Assembly (NCBI GenBank): GCA_965223855.1
Contig: CBDCXM010000009.1
Coordinates: 1,280,001 to 1,344,000 of the forward strand
Reading direction: 5' to 3'
Length of the DNA stretch: 64,000 nucleotides
Origin: Candidatus Multivoradales bacterium
Lineage (GTDB): Bacteria; Acidobacteriota; Thermoanaerobaculia; Multivoradales; JAHEKO01
Under the pieces are notes generated by a model. That model was not told the origin of the DNA and did not search any database. It worked only from the letters and a program-made list of their open reading frames with translations. The translations under genes and the position numbers were made by a program. This document shows positions 27,476-37,504 of this stretch, piece after piece (within the stretch, counting starts at the first letter, position 1; every line of letters begins with the position of its first letter).

Positions 27476-28276
27476 TCACCGGGCGCGGGCAAGGCTCGCG
27501 CGGTCGAAGTCGCTCTCCTCGAGGCCCGACTGGAAGACGTAATCGCTCCACTCGAGCGTCGTGCTCTTGCCGGTCTGGTGATTGACCATCTCCATCCGAT
27601 CGGGGCGCCAGTAGCGGTCCAGGTACTGCTGGTAGCCGGTCTGGGTGAGGGTCTTGAGAAGCGCGTCTTTGCGATCGTAGAAGTCGACTTTGAGCACCCG
27701 GTACTCGGCGGTGTCGAGCCACACCACCTGGCGGGTATAGCCGGACTTGGGGTCGACCGGATAGCGCTCGATGACGAAGGTCGACTGGCCGTCGAGCTCT
27801 TCCTCGCGCAGGAACTTGTAGGTGTACTCCTCGACCTCCTGGGACGAGATGTCCTCGTAGGCGAACTCGCTGCCGACGAACGGGCCGGATTTGTTGGAGG
27901 AGGAGATCCGCTTCACCCGCGCCAGCGCCGGCAGGTAGAGCCACTGGTCATCGTCGCCGGTCTTGTGGCTGAAGGTCAGCAGCGCCGTGCCGGCGACATC
28001 GGCCGGCTCGTCGAAGATCGCCAGGCTCTTGTCGCCGTCGTCCTCCTGCTCGAGGATCTTGCTGCGGAGCGACCGCTCGCTCTCCTCGCCGTGGCGGTTG
28101 CGCAGGATCATCCGGAGCTCGGCAGTCGAATCGCCGAAGCCGGTGTCGCGGCGGTCGGCCTCGACGGCGATCTCGAGGCCGCGCTCCTCGGGCGTCTGGG
28201 CCGCGGCTGGTGTGACCAGCGGCAGGAGCATCAGGAGGGCCAGGGGGAGGGAGTAGAAGAGGATCGAACGTCGCAT
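27476..28276 (-). CDS. Outer-membrane lipoprotein-sorting (LolA-like) protein
   Basis: F.EPADVAGTALL, DDQWLYLPALARVKRIS, PFVGSEFAYED. Confidence 0.88.
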   Translation of the reverse strand: MRRSILFYSLPLALLMLLPLVTPAAAQTPEERGLEIAVEADRRDTGFGDSTAELRMILRNRHGEESERSLRSKILEQEDDGDKSLAIFDEPADVAGTALLTFSHKTGDDDQWLYLPALARVKRISSSNKSGPFVGSEFAYEDISSQEVEEYTYKFLREEELDGQSTFVIERYPVDPKSGYTRQVVWLDTAEYRVLKVDFYDRKDALLKTLTQTGYQQYLDRYWRPDRMEMVNHQTGKSTTLEWSDYVFQSGLEESDFDRASLARAR

Positions 28277-28329
28277 AGTGAAGGTCTCCAGGTAGGAAGA
28301 GGTCGGGAAAGTCGGGATGAGGGAGAGGG

Positions 28330-30678
28330 TCACGCTTCGGCGGCCGCCGGCAGGGGCGCCGACTGCTCGACCTCTTGCGGCTCGCGCTTGCGGTCGAGCC
28401 AGATCAGCAGCCCTGGGAGCAGCAGGAAGTCGGCGAGCAGGGCGAACAGGATGGTGACCGCCGCTAGCACCCCCATGTCGGCGTTCTGTTTGAACGTCGA
28501 CTGGGCGAGGATCAGGAAGCCGGCGACCAGCACCATGGAGGTGACCCACAGCGCCCGGCCGACGGTGGCGAAGGCGTAGCGCACCGCGTCGGGGGCGTCG
28601 AGCCCCTTCTCGCGGCGGGCTCGCAGGTACTTGCTGAGGAAGTGGACGCTGTCGTCGACGACGATCCCCATCGTCATGGCGGCGACCACCGAGACAGCGA
28701 AGCCGACCTTGCCGATGACGAGCCCCCAGGCGCCGAACGCCATGGCGGCGGGGATGAGGTTGGGGAGGAGGCTCAAGAGGCCGATCCGCCAGCTTCGCAG
28801 CGCGATCATCAGCACGATCGAGATCAGGCCGAAGGCGAAGGCGGTGCCCCAGATCATCGCCTCGATGTTGCGCAGCGTGATGCGCGAGAACATGCTCGAC
28901 GGCCCGGTGGCGCGCGCCGACATCTCCGGAGCGTTCTCGGCGAGCCACGCTTCGGCGTCGTCGGACAGGGCGAGGAAGCTCTGTGTCTCCATGTCGCCGA
29001 CGGTGGCGATCAGGCGCGTCGAGCTCTTGTCGACGTTGATCTGGTTGTTGAGGTCGAGGCCGTAGGGGAGCGACATCTCGTAGAGCAGCAGGTATTGAGC
29101 CGCCAGGTCGCGCTCGGTCGGCAGCGTGTAGTAGGCCGGATCGTCGCCGTGCAGGTTCATGTTGAGCCGCCGGATGGTGTCCGAGAGGCTCGAGACGTGC
29201 ACCACGTCGGGGTTGGCGCGAAACCACTCGGTGAAGGCGTCGAGCTTGGCGAGGTACTCCGGATCGGCGATGCCGCCCGGCTCGCCCGCCGGCAGCGAGA
29301 ACTGGAGGCTGTAGAGGCCGGTCAGGTTCTCGAGCATGTAGTCGCTGTCGCGCCGGAACTCGATCGACTCGTCGAAGTAGCTCACCCAGCGGTCGCTGAT
29401 CTCGTTGCTGGGGAGGAAGGCGACGGTGGCGACGATCACGACGACCATCGTCCACAGGAGCTGCCGGTGGCGAGCGACTACCCAGTCGCCGAAGCGCTCG
29501 AAGACCGTCCGGCCGCTCGACGCCTCGCGTGCCTTGACGCGCACCGGGAGCACCGACATCAGCGCCGGCAGGAACGACACGGAGAAGACGAACGCGGCGG
29601 CCACGCCGAGGGCGGTGATGTTGCCGAGCCGGTTGAGCGGCGGCGAGTCGCTGAAGTTGAGGGAGAGGAAGCCGATCCCCGTGGTGAGGCTGGTCAGGAA
29701 CACCGGCACCATGTTGATGCGCAGTGACTCCCTGATCGCCGAGAGCTTGTCGCGCCCGCCGCGCATCTCGGTGAACATGGTCACCAGCACGTGGATCGCG
29801 TCGGCGATCGCCATCGTCAGGATCATCGTCGCCGACTGCGCCGAGACCGGTTCGAGCCGCGTGCCGAGCCAGCCGGCGACCCCGAGCCCGGTGGCCGACG
29901 AGAAGCCGATCACCAGCACCGTGGCGAAGGTGCCGGAGACCGAACGCAGCAGCAGGATCATGGCGCCGATCAGCACGAGATACATGATGGGAATCAGCCT
30001 CTGCATGTCGCCCATGCCCGCCTCCACGAACGCCGAGTTGAGCATCACGACGCCGGAGAGCCTGACGTCGACGTGGGGGTACGCCTCTTCGATCGCGGCG
30101 GCGATCTCGCGACTGGTGCCGACCGGGCCGGCGAGTTCGTTCGGATCCTCGCCGGTCAGCTGCAGGGTGACGTTGACCCCGGTGACGGCGCCGGAGGAGG
30201 AGATCAGCCGGTCGGCGATCTCCGGCCGGTCGTAGACGATCTCGCGCACTTCGGCGATCTCGTCGGCGGAGAGGTTTTCCGCCCCGAAGACGAGGTCTTC
30301 GACGATCAGATCGTCCTCCTCCGCGCGCGAGTGCTGGAAGTTGGTGATCGAGTCGACACGCGTCGAGGCGGGGATCTGCCAGGCGCGCTCGGTCAGGTCC
30401 TCGATCACCGCCAGGGTGTGTGGGGTGAAGACGTCGCCGTCTTCTGGGGTGACGATGAAGACGATGTTGTCGTTCTTGGTGTAGATGTTCTGCACCGCCT
30501 CGAAGTTCGCCAGCTCCGGGTTGCCGGGGCCGAAGAACACCCGGTAGTTGGTGGCGAACACGAGGTTCTTCATACCGGCGCCGAGGGCGCCGACGATCAG
30601 CACGGTGACGACGATCACCGCCCAGCGCCATCGCAGCAGCGTCTCGGCGTAACGTGCGATCCATCTGTCTCCACTCAT
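28330..30678 (-). CDS. MMPL/RND-family transporter
   Basis: Two halves of TM clusters with large periplasmic loops; AIADAIH, LTSLTTGIGF, GIVVDDSVHF. Confidence 0.9.
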   Translation of the reverse strand: MSGDRWIARYAETLLRWRWAVIVVTVLIVGALGAGMKNLVFATNYRVFFGPGNPELANFEAVQNIYTKNDNIVFIVTPEDGDVFTPHTLAVIEDLTERAWQIPASTRVDSITNFQHSRAEEDDLIVEDLVFGAENLSADEIAEVREIVYDRPEIADRLISSSGAVTGVNVTLQLTGEDPNELAGPVGTSREIAAAIEEAYPHVDVRLSGVVMLNSAFVEAGMGDMQRLIPIMYLVLIGAMILLLRSVSGTFATVLVIGFSSATGLGVAGWLGTRLEPVSAQSATMILTMAIADAIHVLVTMFTEMRGGRDKLSAIRESLRINMVPVFLTSLTTGIGFLSLNFSDSPPLNRLGNITALGVAAAFVFSVSFLPALMSVLPVRVKAREASSGRTVFERFGDWVVARHRQLLWTMVVVIVATVAFLPSNEISDRWVSYFDESIEFRRDSDYMLENLTGLYSLQFSLPAGEPGGIADPEYLAKLDAFTEWFRANPDVVHVSSLSDTIRRLNMNLHGDDPAYYTLPTERDLAAQYLLLYEMSLPYGLDLNNQINVDKSSTRLIATVGDMETQSFLALSDDAEAWLAENAPEMSARATGPSSMFSRITLRNIEAMIWGTAFAFGLISIVLMIALRSWRIGLLSLLPNLIPAAMAFGAWGLVIGKVGFAVSVVAAMTMGIVVDDSVHFLSKYLRARREKGLDAPDAVRYAFATVGRALWVTSMVLVAGFLILAQSTFKQNADMGVLAAVTILFALLADFLLLPGLLIWLDRKREPQEVEQSAPLPAAAEA

Positions 30679-30775
30679 CGGGGTCTCTCCTTGGGTTGCG
30701 CCGGTCGCGGCGCGGGGCTCATGGCTGTGGCGATTCGGCTGCGCGAGTCGGGTTTGGGGGTTCGGGCGTGTCGCC

Positions 30776-31421
30776 TCAGAGTGCGGGGCGCAGCGTTTCG
30801 AGATAGGCGGTCAGCGCCTCGCGGCACTGCTCGATGACCGACAGGTCGCGGGTCGTCTTGGCGAGGCCTACCGTGCCCTCGAAGCCGGCGACGAGGAAGG
30901 TCGCGGCAGCCTCGGGGGAGATGTCGGCACGCACGGTGCCGGCCTCCTGGCCGCGGCGCAGGGCGGTGCGGATCCCCTGGCGCCAGTCCGCTGAAGATCC
31001 GGGCGAGCGCCTCGCGGAACGGCTCGTCGACGGAGGACATCTCCTGCGCCAGGTTGTTGAGCGGGCAGCCGATGCAGATCATCTCCGGCGTCGCCTCCCG
31101 GCATGCCATGTCGAGGATCGCCTGCAGGGCGGCGATCGGGTCGTCACTCCCCGCCAGCGGGTCGAGAAACCGGTCGACGACCTTGCCGCGGATCGACTCC
31201 TCGAGCACCGCGAGGCCGAGGGCGTGCTTGCTGCCGAAGTGGTGGTAGAGCGCCCCCTTGGTGACCCCCGCCTCGCCGAGGATGGCGTCGAGGCTCGCCG
31301 AGCGGAAGCCGCTGCGGTGGATCTCCTCGCGAGCGGCCTCGAGGATCGCCTCGCGGGTGCCTTCCGGATCCTTCTTCCGGGTGACTGGGGAGGGTGCAGG
31401 AGCGGTGTCTGCCGTTTCCAT
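30776..31421 (-). CDS. TetR-family regulator (1-nt indel near 30988)
   Basis: TREAILEAA...GVTKGALYHHFGSK, GCPLNNLAQEMS; continues DWRQGIRTALRRGQEAGTVRADI in the adjacent frame. Confidence 0.88.
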
Positions 31422-31457
31422 ACCGACCAGTATGTATGTTTCGTCGAAAGCTGTCAA
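31419..31457 (-). promoter_or_regulatory. Sigma70 promoter (leaderless) with overlapping TetR-type operator
   Basis: TTGACA (31457-31452), 17 nt, CATACT (31434-31429), 7 nt, ATG; imperfect palindrome CATAC-N6-GTATG at 31419-31434. Confidence 0.7.
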
Positions 31458-31475
31458 CCCCTTTAGAGTGAGACC

Positions 31476-32606
31476 GTGAAAGTCCTCGCCTTTGAGCCCT
31501 ACTACGGCGGCAGCCATCGCAGCTTCGTCGACGGCTGGCGCGAGCGCTCGCGCCACGGGTGGAAGCTGTGGACGCTGCCGCCGCGCAAGTGGAAGTGGCG
31601 CATGCGCCACAGCGCGCTCACCTGGGCGGCACAGGCCCAGGAAGCGGTGGACGCCGGCCGGCGGTGGGATGTCGTCTGGTGCTCCGACATGCTCAACCTC
31701 GCCGAGTTCCGGTCGCTGGCGCCGCCGTCGGTGGGGCGGCTGCCGGCGGTGGTCTACTTCCACGAGAACCAGCTCACTTACCCGGTCCGCTTCGAGAAGG
31801 AGCGCGACTACCAGTTCGGGCTCACCAACATCACCTCCGCTCTCGCGGCCGACGAGGCGTGGTTCAACTCCGCCTTTCACCGCGACGAGTTCCTGGCGGC
31901 GATCCCGGCCTTCCTGAAGCGAATGCCCGACCACCGGCCGCTCGAGGTGGTGGAGAAGATCGCCGCACGCTCGCGGGTGCTGCCGCCGGCGGTGGAGCCG
32001 GCCGAGCCGGCGAGCGGTCCCCGCGAAACCGGGCCGTTGCGGGTCGTGTGGGCGGCCCGCTGGGAGTTCGACAAGGCGCCGGAGGTGCTCTTCGCCGCGG
32101 TCCGGCGGCTCGTCGAACGCGGGGTCGATCTGCGCTTGAGCGTGCTGGGCGAGAGCTTCGAGGAGGTGCCGCCGGAGTTCGAGGAGGCGCGACGCGATCT
32201 CGAGCCGGTTCTCGAACATTGGGGCTACCTCGAGGACCGGGCCGCCTACCGGCGCTGCCTCGCCGCGGCCGACGTCTTCGTCTCGACGGCGATCCACGAG
32301 TTCTTCGGCCTCGCGGCGGTGGAGGCGATCCTCCACGGCGCCCGGCCGCTGCTGCCGCGGCGGCTCGCCTACCCGGAGCTGCTCGACCTCGAGAGGCACC
32401 CTGAGCGCGACCGCTACTGCTACGACGGTTCCGAGTCGCAACTGGCGGCTCGCCTCGAGGAGCTGGCGCAGGCGGTGGCGGCCGGCATCGACGTCCGGGA
32501 CGCCGAGCTCGACGGTGTGCGTCGCCGTCTCGAGGAAGCCACCTGGCCGGTGGCGGCGGCTCGCCTCGACGACGCCCTCGAGAGGGTCGCCGCTCGAGAG
32601 CTGTGA
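31476..32606 (+). CDS. DUF3524 GT-B glycosyltransferase (GTDC1/QTMAN-like)
   Basis: EPYYGGSH, LPPRKWKWRMR, YFHENQLTYP, FNSAFH, RWEFDKAPE, STAIHEFFG, RLAYPE. Confidence 0.88.
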   Translation: MKVLAFEPYYGGSHRSFVDGWRERSRHGWKLWTLPPRKWKWRMRHSALTWAAQAQEAVDAGRRWDVVWCSDMLNLAEFRSLAPPSVGRLPAVVYFHENQLTYPVRFEKERDYQFGLTNITSALAADEAWFNSAFHRDEFLAAIPAFLKRMPDHRPLEVVEKIAARSRVLPPAVEPAEPASGPRETGPLRVVWAARWEFDKAPEVLFAAVRRLVERGVDLRLSVLGESFEEVPPEFEEARRDLEPVLEHWGYLEDRAAYRRCLAAADVFVSTAIHEFFGLAAVEAILHGARPLLPRRLAYPELLDLERHPERDRYCYDGSESQLAARLEELAQAVAAGIDVRDAELDGVRRRLEEATWPVAAARLDDALERVAAREL

Positions 32607-32637
32607 CTTCGGGGACTGTGACTTCGGCGACTTTGAC
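32601..32637 (+). repeat. Short 15-bp tandem repeat at a stop codon
   Basis: ctgtgacttcgggga-ctgtgacttcggcga-ctttgac. Confidence 0.65.
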
Positions 32638-32687
32638 GGCAAGAATCCGGAGGACGGCGCTGTCGAGCTTGCCGTAGTCTCTCCTCG

Positions 32688-34169
32688 ATGGCCCTGACAC
32701 GGCAGCGGATGTTCGAGCTCTCGGCGGCGCGCGATCGTCACTACGACGGGCGCTTCCTCATCGGCGTGCTCTCGACCGGCATCTACTGCCTGCCGTCGTG
32801 CCCGGCGCGGCGGCCGAAGCCGGAGAACGTGCGCTTCTTCCACTCTCCGGAGGCGGCGGTCGACGCAGGCCTGAGGGCGTGCAAGCGCTGCAGGCCGGAG
32901 CTCTTCTACCAGCAGCGCGACCCGGACCGAGAGGTGCTCGAGGAGACCGTGCGTCGGGTGCGCCGCGAACCGGAGTCGTTCGCCGACGTCGAGGCGCTGG
33001 CGGCGGCGACCGGCTTCGGGCGCTCGAAGCTCCACCGGCTGTTGCGGCGCCACTATCACCAGCGCCCCGCGGCGCTGTTGCTTCGGGCACGCCTCGAGCA
33101 GACGAAGCGGCAGCTGGTCGCGTCGAAGTGGAGTGTCCTCGACGTCGGCCTGGCGGCCGGCTTCGACAGCGCCTCGGCGTTTCACGACAATTTCGTCCGC
33201 GCGACCGGGCTCTCGCCGGGCGCCTACCGGCGGATGACCCGCGGGCACGAGTTCGTGCTCCAGCTGCCGCGCGACTTTCACGACGTCGGCACCTGGCGCT
33301 ATCTCGGTCGCGACGACCAGCAGGCGACCGAGCGGGTCGAGGCGGGGCGTGCCTGGCGCGCGCTGCGGATCGGCCGGCGCGATGTTCTGGTCGAGATCGA
33401 GCAGCGTGGCCTGAGGCTGCGCGCGGCGGTGACGGATGGGAAAGAGTCCCCGGCCATTCTGCCGCCCGAAGGGATGGCCGAGGTGCACGCCCGCCTGTGG
33501 CGCTGGCTGGGGCTCGAGAGCGACGTCGCCGGCTTCGAGCGCAAGGCGCTGCGGCATCCACGCTGGCGCGAGCTGGTGCACGGGCAGCGCGGCCTGCGGC
33601 TGGCGCAGACGCCGTCGGTCTTCGAGTCGCTGGTGTGGGCGATCGTCGGCCAGCAGGTGAACCTCGCGTTCGCCTACCGGCTGCGCGCGGTGCTGGTCGA
33701 TCTGTGCTCCCCGCGCGGTGGTGGCGGTCCGCGGCGCCATCCGACGCCGGGCGAAGTGGCGCGCCTCGACGCGGGAGACCTCACGGCGAGGCAGTTCTCG
33801 CGCAGCAAGGCCGAGTACGTGCTCGGCGCAGCGCGCTGGGCGATCGAGAAGCCGGGGCGAGTCGAGGGTCTGAGAGATCTGCCCGCCACCACTGCCGCGA
33901 GCCGTCTCGAGACGCTGCGCGGTGTCGGCCCGTGGACCGAGCAGTACGTGCTGATGCGCGGCTGCGGCTTCGCCGACTGCGTGCCGGTCGGCGATGCCGG
34001 CCTCGTCAAGGCGCTGCGGCGCTTCGAGTCGCTCGCCGAGCGCCCGGACGCCGACGAGACCCGCCACCGGATGCGGGTGATGGCGCCTCATCGCAGCCTG
34101 GCGACCGCCCACCTGTGGGCGTCGCTCGCCGGCGACGATACTCAGGAAGAGAAAGGAAACGAAGGATGA
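32688..34169 (+). CDS. alkA: Ada Zn-binding/AraC-AlkA DNA-3-methyladenine glycosylase fusion
   Basis: TGIYCLPSCPAR..ENVRF, RACKRC, AraC HTH, AIVGQQV, HhH LRGVGPWT. Confidence 0.9.
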   Translation: MALTRQRMFELSAARDRHYDGRFLIGVLSTGIYCLPSCPARRPKPENVRFFHSPEAAVDAGLRACKRCRPELFYQQRDPDREVLEETVRRVRREPESFADVEALAAATGFGRSKLHRLLRRHYHQRPAALLLRARLEQTKRQLVASKWSVLDVGLAAGFDSASAFHDNFVRATGLSPGAYRRMTRGHEFVLQLPRDFHDVGTWRYLGRDDQQATERVEAGRAWRALRIGRRDVLVEIEQRGLRLRAAVTDGKESPAILPPEGMAEVHARLWRWLGLESDVAGFERKALRHPRWRELVHGQRGLRLAQTPSVFESLVWAIVGQQVNLAFAYRLRAVLVDLCSPRGGGGPRRHPTPGEVARLDAGDLTARQFSRSKAEYVLGAARWAIEKPGRVEGLRDLPATTAASRLETLRGVGPWTEQYVLMRGCGFADCVPVGDAGLVKALRRFESLAERPDADETRHRMRVMAPHRSLATAHLWASLAGDDTQEEKGNEG

Positions 34170-34669
34170 CCGTCTACGCCTCCAGAATCCCCACCCCGGT
34201 CGGCGAGATGTACGGCGCCGTCGACGAGAACGGCGCCGTCGTGCTGCTCGAGTTCTCGACCTACAAGTCCGCCGAAGAGGCGGTGTCGGGGCTCGATGAC
34301 GTCGTCTGGGACGACAAGCCGGTGCGGGAGCTGACGCGCCAGGTGAAGGAGTACTTCGCCGGCCGGCGCCGTGAGTTCGACCTCGATCTCAGCCCGCGCG
34401 GGAGCGACTTTCAGCACCGGGTGTGGAAGCACGTCCGCGGCATCGGCTACGGCTCGACGGCGAGCTACGGCGACGTCGCCCGGCGGATGCGCAAGCGTGG
34501 CGCATCGCGCGCCGTCGGTCGCGCCAACGCCACCAACCCGGTCTGCCTGATCACGCCGTGCCATCGGGTCATCGGCGCCGACGGCTCCCTGACCGGCTTC
34601 GGCGGCGGAGTGGAGATCAAGCGCTGGCTGCTCGAGCACGAGACGGGCCAGCTCGCACTCGCGGATTGA
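34166..34669 (+). CDS. ogt: Methylated-DNA-protein-cysteine methyltransferase
   Basis: FQHRVW, RAVGRANATNP, PCHRV active site. Confidence 0.93.
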   Translation: MTVYASRIPTPVGEMYGAVDENGAVVLLEFSTYKSAEEAVSGLDDVVWDDKPVRELTRQVKEYFAGRRREFDLDLSPRGSDFQHRVWKHVRGIGYGSTASYGDVARRMRKRGASRAVGRANATNPVCLITPCHRVIGADGSLTGFGGGVEIKRWLLEHETGQLALAD

Positions 34670-34689
34670 CCGGAGGTAGAGTGCCGGGC

Positions 34690-36693
34690 ATGGAGATCGG
34701 GCGCACGACCTGTGTTCTCGACTGCCCCGACGGCTGTGCTCTGGAGGTCGGGATCGAGGACGGCCGGGTGGTCTCGGTCGGTCCCGATCGCGCCGCCGGC
34801 ACCGACTTCATCTGCGGCAAGGTCAGCCGCCTCGACCGGCGGGTGTACCACGAGGATCGGCTCCGTCGGCCTCTGCGGCGAGTGGGTGCGAAGGGGAGCG
34901 GCCGGTTCGAGGAGATCTCCTGGGAGGCGGCGCTCGACCAGCTGGTGGAGCGCTTCTCGCGGGCACGGGAGCGCTCCGGCGGCGAGTCGATCCTCGGCTA
35001 TCACTACGGGGGGTCGAACGGCCTCCTGACCGACGGGCTACTCGACGATCTGCTCTTCTGCCGTCTCGGTGCCTCGCGTCTGGCGAAGACGATCTGCGCG
35101 GTGCCGGCGACCGAAGTCGCCGTCGGCATGTACGGAAAGATGCCCGGCGTCGCCTTCGACGACTACCCGCGCGCCGAGTGCATCGTCGTCTGGGGGGCCA
35201 ACCCGAAGGGGTCGAACATTCACCTGGTACCGAAGCTGCGCGAGGCGCGGGCCAACGGCGCCTGGGTGGCGGCGGTCGATCCGCGCAACAACTTCGGCAA
35301 GGGGGAGATCGACCTCCACCTGCCGGTGCTGCCGGGGCAGGACCTGCCGCTGGCGCTGGCGCTCGTCCGCGGTTGGGCGGAGAACGGCGATCTCGACGAG
35401 GCGTTCCTCGCCGCCTCGACCGAGGGTGCCGGTGCGCTGCTCGAAGCGGCCGAGGAGTGGACCTGCGAGCGCGCTGCCGCCGTGACGGGGGTTCCGCAGG
35501 AGTCGATCGAGGAGCTTGGGCGTCGGCTGGCGGCGAGCTCGCCGGCGTTGGTGCGCTGCGGCTGGGGGCTCGAGCGCAACAGGAACGGCGGCCAGGCGAT
35601 CGCCGCGGTGCTGGCGATCCCGGCGCTCCTGGGCAAGTTCGGCGTGCGCGGCGGCGGCTACACGCTGTCGAACAACGGCGGCAGCCGCTTCGACGGCGCG
35701 GCGCTCATCGGGCCGCTCGACTGGACGACCCGGCGGCTCAACATGACCCAGCTCGCCCGGCAGATCGATCCCGAGTCGGCACACAAGCTCGATCCACCGC
35801 TCGAGGTGCTCTTCGTCTACAACGCCAATCCGATGGCGACCGTCCCCGATCAGGTGGCGCTCGAGCGCGGCTTCCGGCGCGACGGCCTGTTCACGGTCGT
35901 CCACGACCAGGTGATGACCGACACCGCGCGCCTCGCGGACCTGGTGCTGCCGGCGACCACCTTCCTCGAAGGGACCGACCTTCAGGTGAGCTACGGCGAG
36001 TACGTGGCCGGCGGCATCCGGCCTCTGATCGAGCCGGAGGGAGAGGCGTGGAGCAACCTGCGGCTCTTCGGTGAGCTCGGCCGGCACCTCGGCTTCGACG
36101 ACCCGGCGTTCGGCTGGTCGGAGCAGGAGCTTCTCGAGCGCGCTGTCGCGGCGCTCGAGCTCGACGGGCGTGCGGCGGGCGGCACCCTCGCGGCTGGCGA
36201 GCGGGAGAGCTACGACTTTTCGGGCGCGACGCCTCGGCAGTTCGACACCGTCCGCCCGCGGACTCCGAGCGGCCGCGCGAACCTCGCGCCGGCGACCCTC
36301 GGGCCGCAGCCCTACCGCTGGCAGGAGCCCGACAGGGAAGGATCGCTGGCGTTGATCACGCCGGCCAGCTCACGGCTGGTGACGAGCATGTTCGGCGAGT
36401 CGAGTGTCAGCCGCCTCGAGGTGGCGCTCCACCCGGAGGACGCCGCCGGGCGCGGTATCGCGAACGGCGACGAGGTGAGGGTGTGGAACGCCCTCGGCGA
36501 GGTGCACTGCCACGCCCGGATCGACGACGCGGTGCGCCCCGGCGTCGCCTCGATGCCCAAGGGTGCGTGGCGCCGCTCGTCGCTCAACGGCGCGACCTCG
36601 ACGGCGCTGTGCCCCGACGATGCCCAGGTGGTGGGCGACGCCGCCTGCTTCAACGACGCCCGCGTCGACGTCGCGCCGCTGCCAAGCGGGTAG
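34690..36693 (+). CDS. Molybdopterin-dependent oxidoreductase
   Basis: CVLDCPDGC...CGK Fe-S motif, PLRRVGAKGSGRFEEISW, TDTARLADLVLPATTFLE, LHPEDAAGRGI. Confidence 0.9.
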   Translation: MEIGRTTCVLDCPDGCALEVGIEDGRVVSVGPDRAAGTDFICGKVSRLDRRVYHEDRLRRPLRRVGAKGSGRFEEISWEAALDQLVERFSRARERSGGESILGYHYGGSNGLLTDGLLDDLLFCRLGASRLAKTICAVPATEVAVGMYGKMPGVAFDDYPRAECIVVWGANPKGSNIHLVPKLREARANGAWVAAVDPRNNFGKGEIDLHLPVLPGQDLPLALALVRGWAENGDLDEAFLAASTEGAGALLEAAEEWTCERAAAVTGVPQESIEELGRRLAASSPALVRCGWGLERNRNGGQAIAAVLAIPALLGKFGVRGGGYTLSNNGGSRFDGAALIGPLDWTTRRLNMTQLARQIDPESAHKLDPPLEVLFVYNANPMATVPDQVALERGFRRDGLFTVVHDQVMTDTARLADLVLPATTFLEGTDLQVSYGEYVAGGIRPLIEPEGEAWSNLRLFGELGRHLGFDDPAFGWSEQELLERAVAALELDGRAAGGTLAAGERESYDFSGATPRQFDTVRPRTPSGRANLAPATLGPQPYRWQEPDREGSLALITPASSRLVTSMFGESSVSRLEVALHPEDAAGRGIANGDEVRVWNALGEVHCHARIDDAVRPGVASMPKGAWRRSSLNGATSTALCPDDAQVVGDAACFNDARVDVAPLPSG

Positions 36694-36701
36694 GGAGCGC
36701 C

Positions 36702-36884
36702 TAGCCTGAATCTCTCACGCCACTGCAGTCTGGTAGGTCGTAGGTTGCTGGAGATACAAGGCTTCCGGTCGCGAGCACCGGAGGCATAGCCGTAGCTACG
36801 GCGAGGAGCGCAGCGATCGGATAACGCAGTAGATTCAGTGACATACGGCCTACCAGACTGCAGTGGCGTGAGAGATTCAGGCTA
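36702..36884. mobile_element. MITE-like element / long hairpin
   Basis: 41-bp terminal inverted repeats with one mismatch (36702-36742 and 36844-36884), TA at both ends, internal palindrome GCCGTAGCTACGGC. Confidence 0.8.
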
Positions 36885-37478
36885 ACTCCAGCGCAGCTCG
36901 CCGTCCTCCGGCGGCAGTCCGAGCTGGTCGAGCACCCGCAGAGCGTAGTGGTCGAGGAAGCGGTCGAGATCCTCTCCGCCGACGTAGAACGCCGGGATCG
37001 GCGGCAGCACGACGGCGCCGGCGTAGGTGAGGTGTCGCAGGTTCTCCAGATGGAGCGCCGTGAAGGGGGTCTCGCGGAAGCCGATCACCAGCGGCCAGCG
37101 CTCCTTGAGTGCGACCGCGCCGGCGCGGTGGATGAGGGTCCGGCCGCTGCCGGTGGCCAGTGTGCCGAGGGTCGCGGCGCTGCACGGCAGGACGACGCTG
37201 CCATCGAGCGGGTACGAGCCGGAAGCGATCGGCGCGTCGAACTCGTTGTCGCGGTGGACGACGATGCGCTCGCGCTCCGCGTCGTCGAGCCCGGCGGCGT
37301 CGAGCAGGTCGTCGGCGCCGGTGCGCTCACGCCCCAGCTCGTGCGCCAACACCTGACTGGCGCCGGCGGAGACGACGAGGTGGATGCGCTCCACCTCGCT
37401 GCGCCCGCCGAGTGCGCGCAGCAGGCGCACCGGCAGGCGCATGCCGGAGGCGCCCGAGACGAGAACCGCGACCTTCAC
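36882..37478 (-). CDS. ubiX: Flavin prenyltransferase
   Basis: VSGASG, APIASGS, VLPCS, LIHRAGAVALKER..LV..RETP, PPIPAFY. Confidence 0.93.
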   Translation of the reverse strand: MKVAVLVSGASGMRLPVRLLRALGGRSEVERIHLVVSAGASQVLAHELGRERTGADDLLDAAGLDDAERERIVVHRDNEFDAPIASGSYPLDGSVVLPCSAATLGTLATGSGRTLIHRAGAVALKERWPLVIGFRETPFTALHLENLRHLTYAGAVVLPPIPAFYVGGEDLDRFLDHYALRVLDQLGLPPEDGELRWS

Positions 37479-37504
37479 CGGCGCTCAGCCGAGTTCGCCC
37501 GCCC

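Noticed and set aside
27476-34112. Very long ORFs of 1062 aa (27476-30664) and 1145 aa (30675-34112)
   Set aside because: High-GC shadow frames. Only the last ~266 aa of the first (LolA-like) and the TetR segment of the second look like real proteins.
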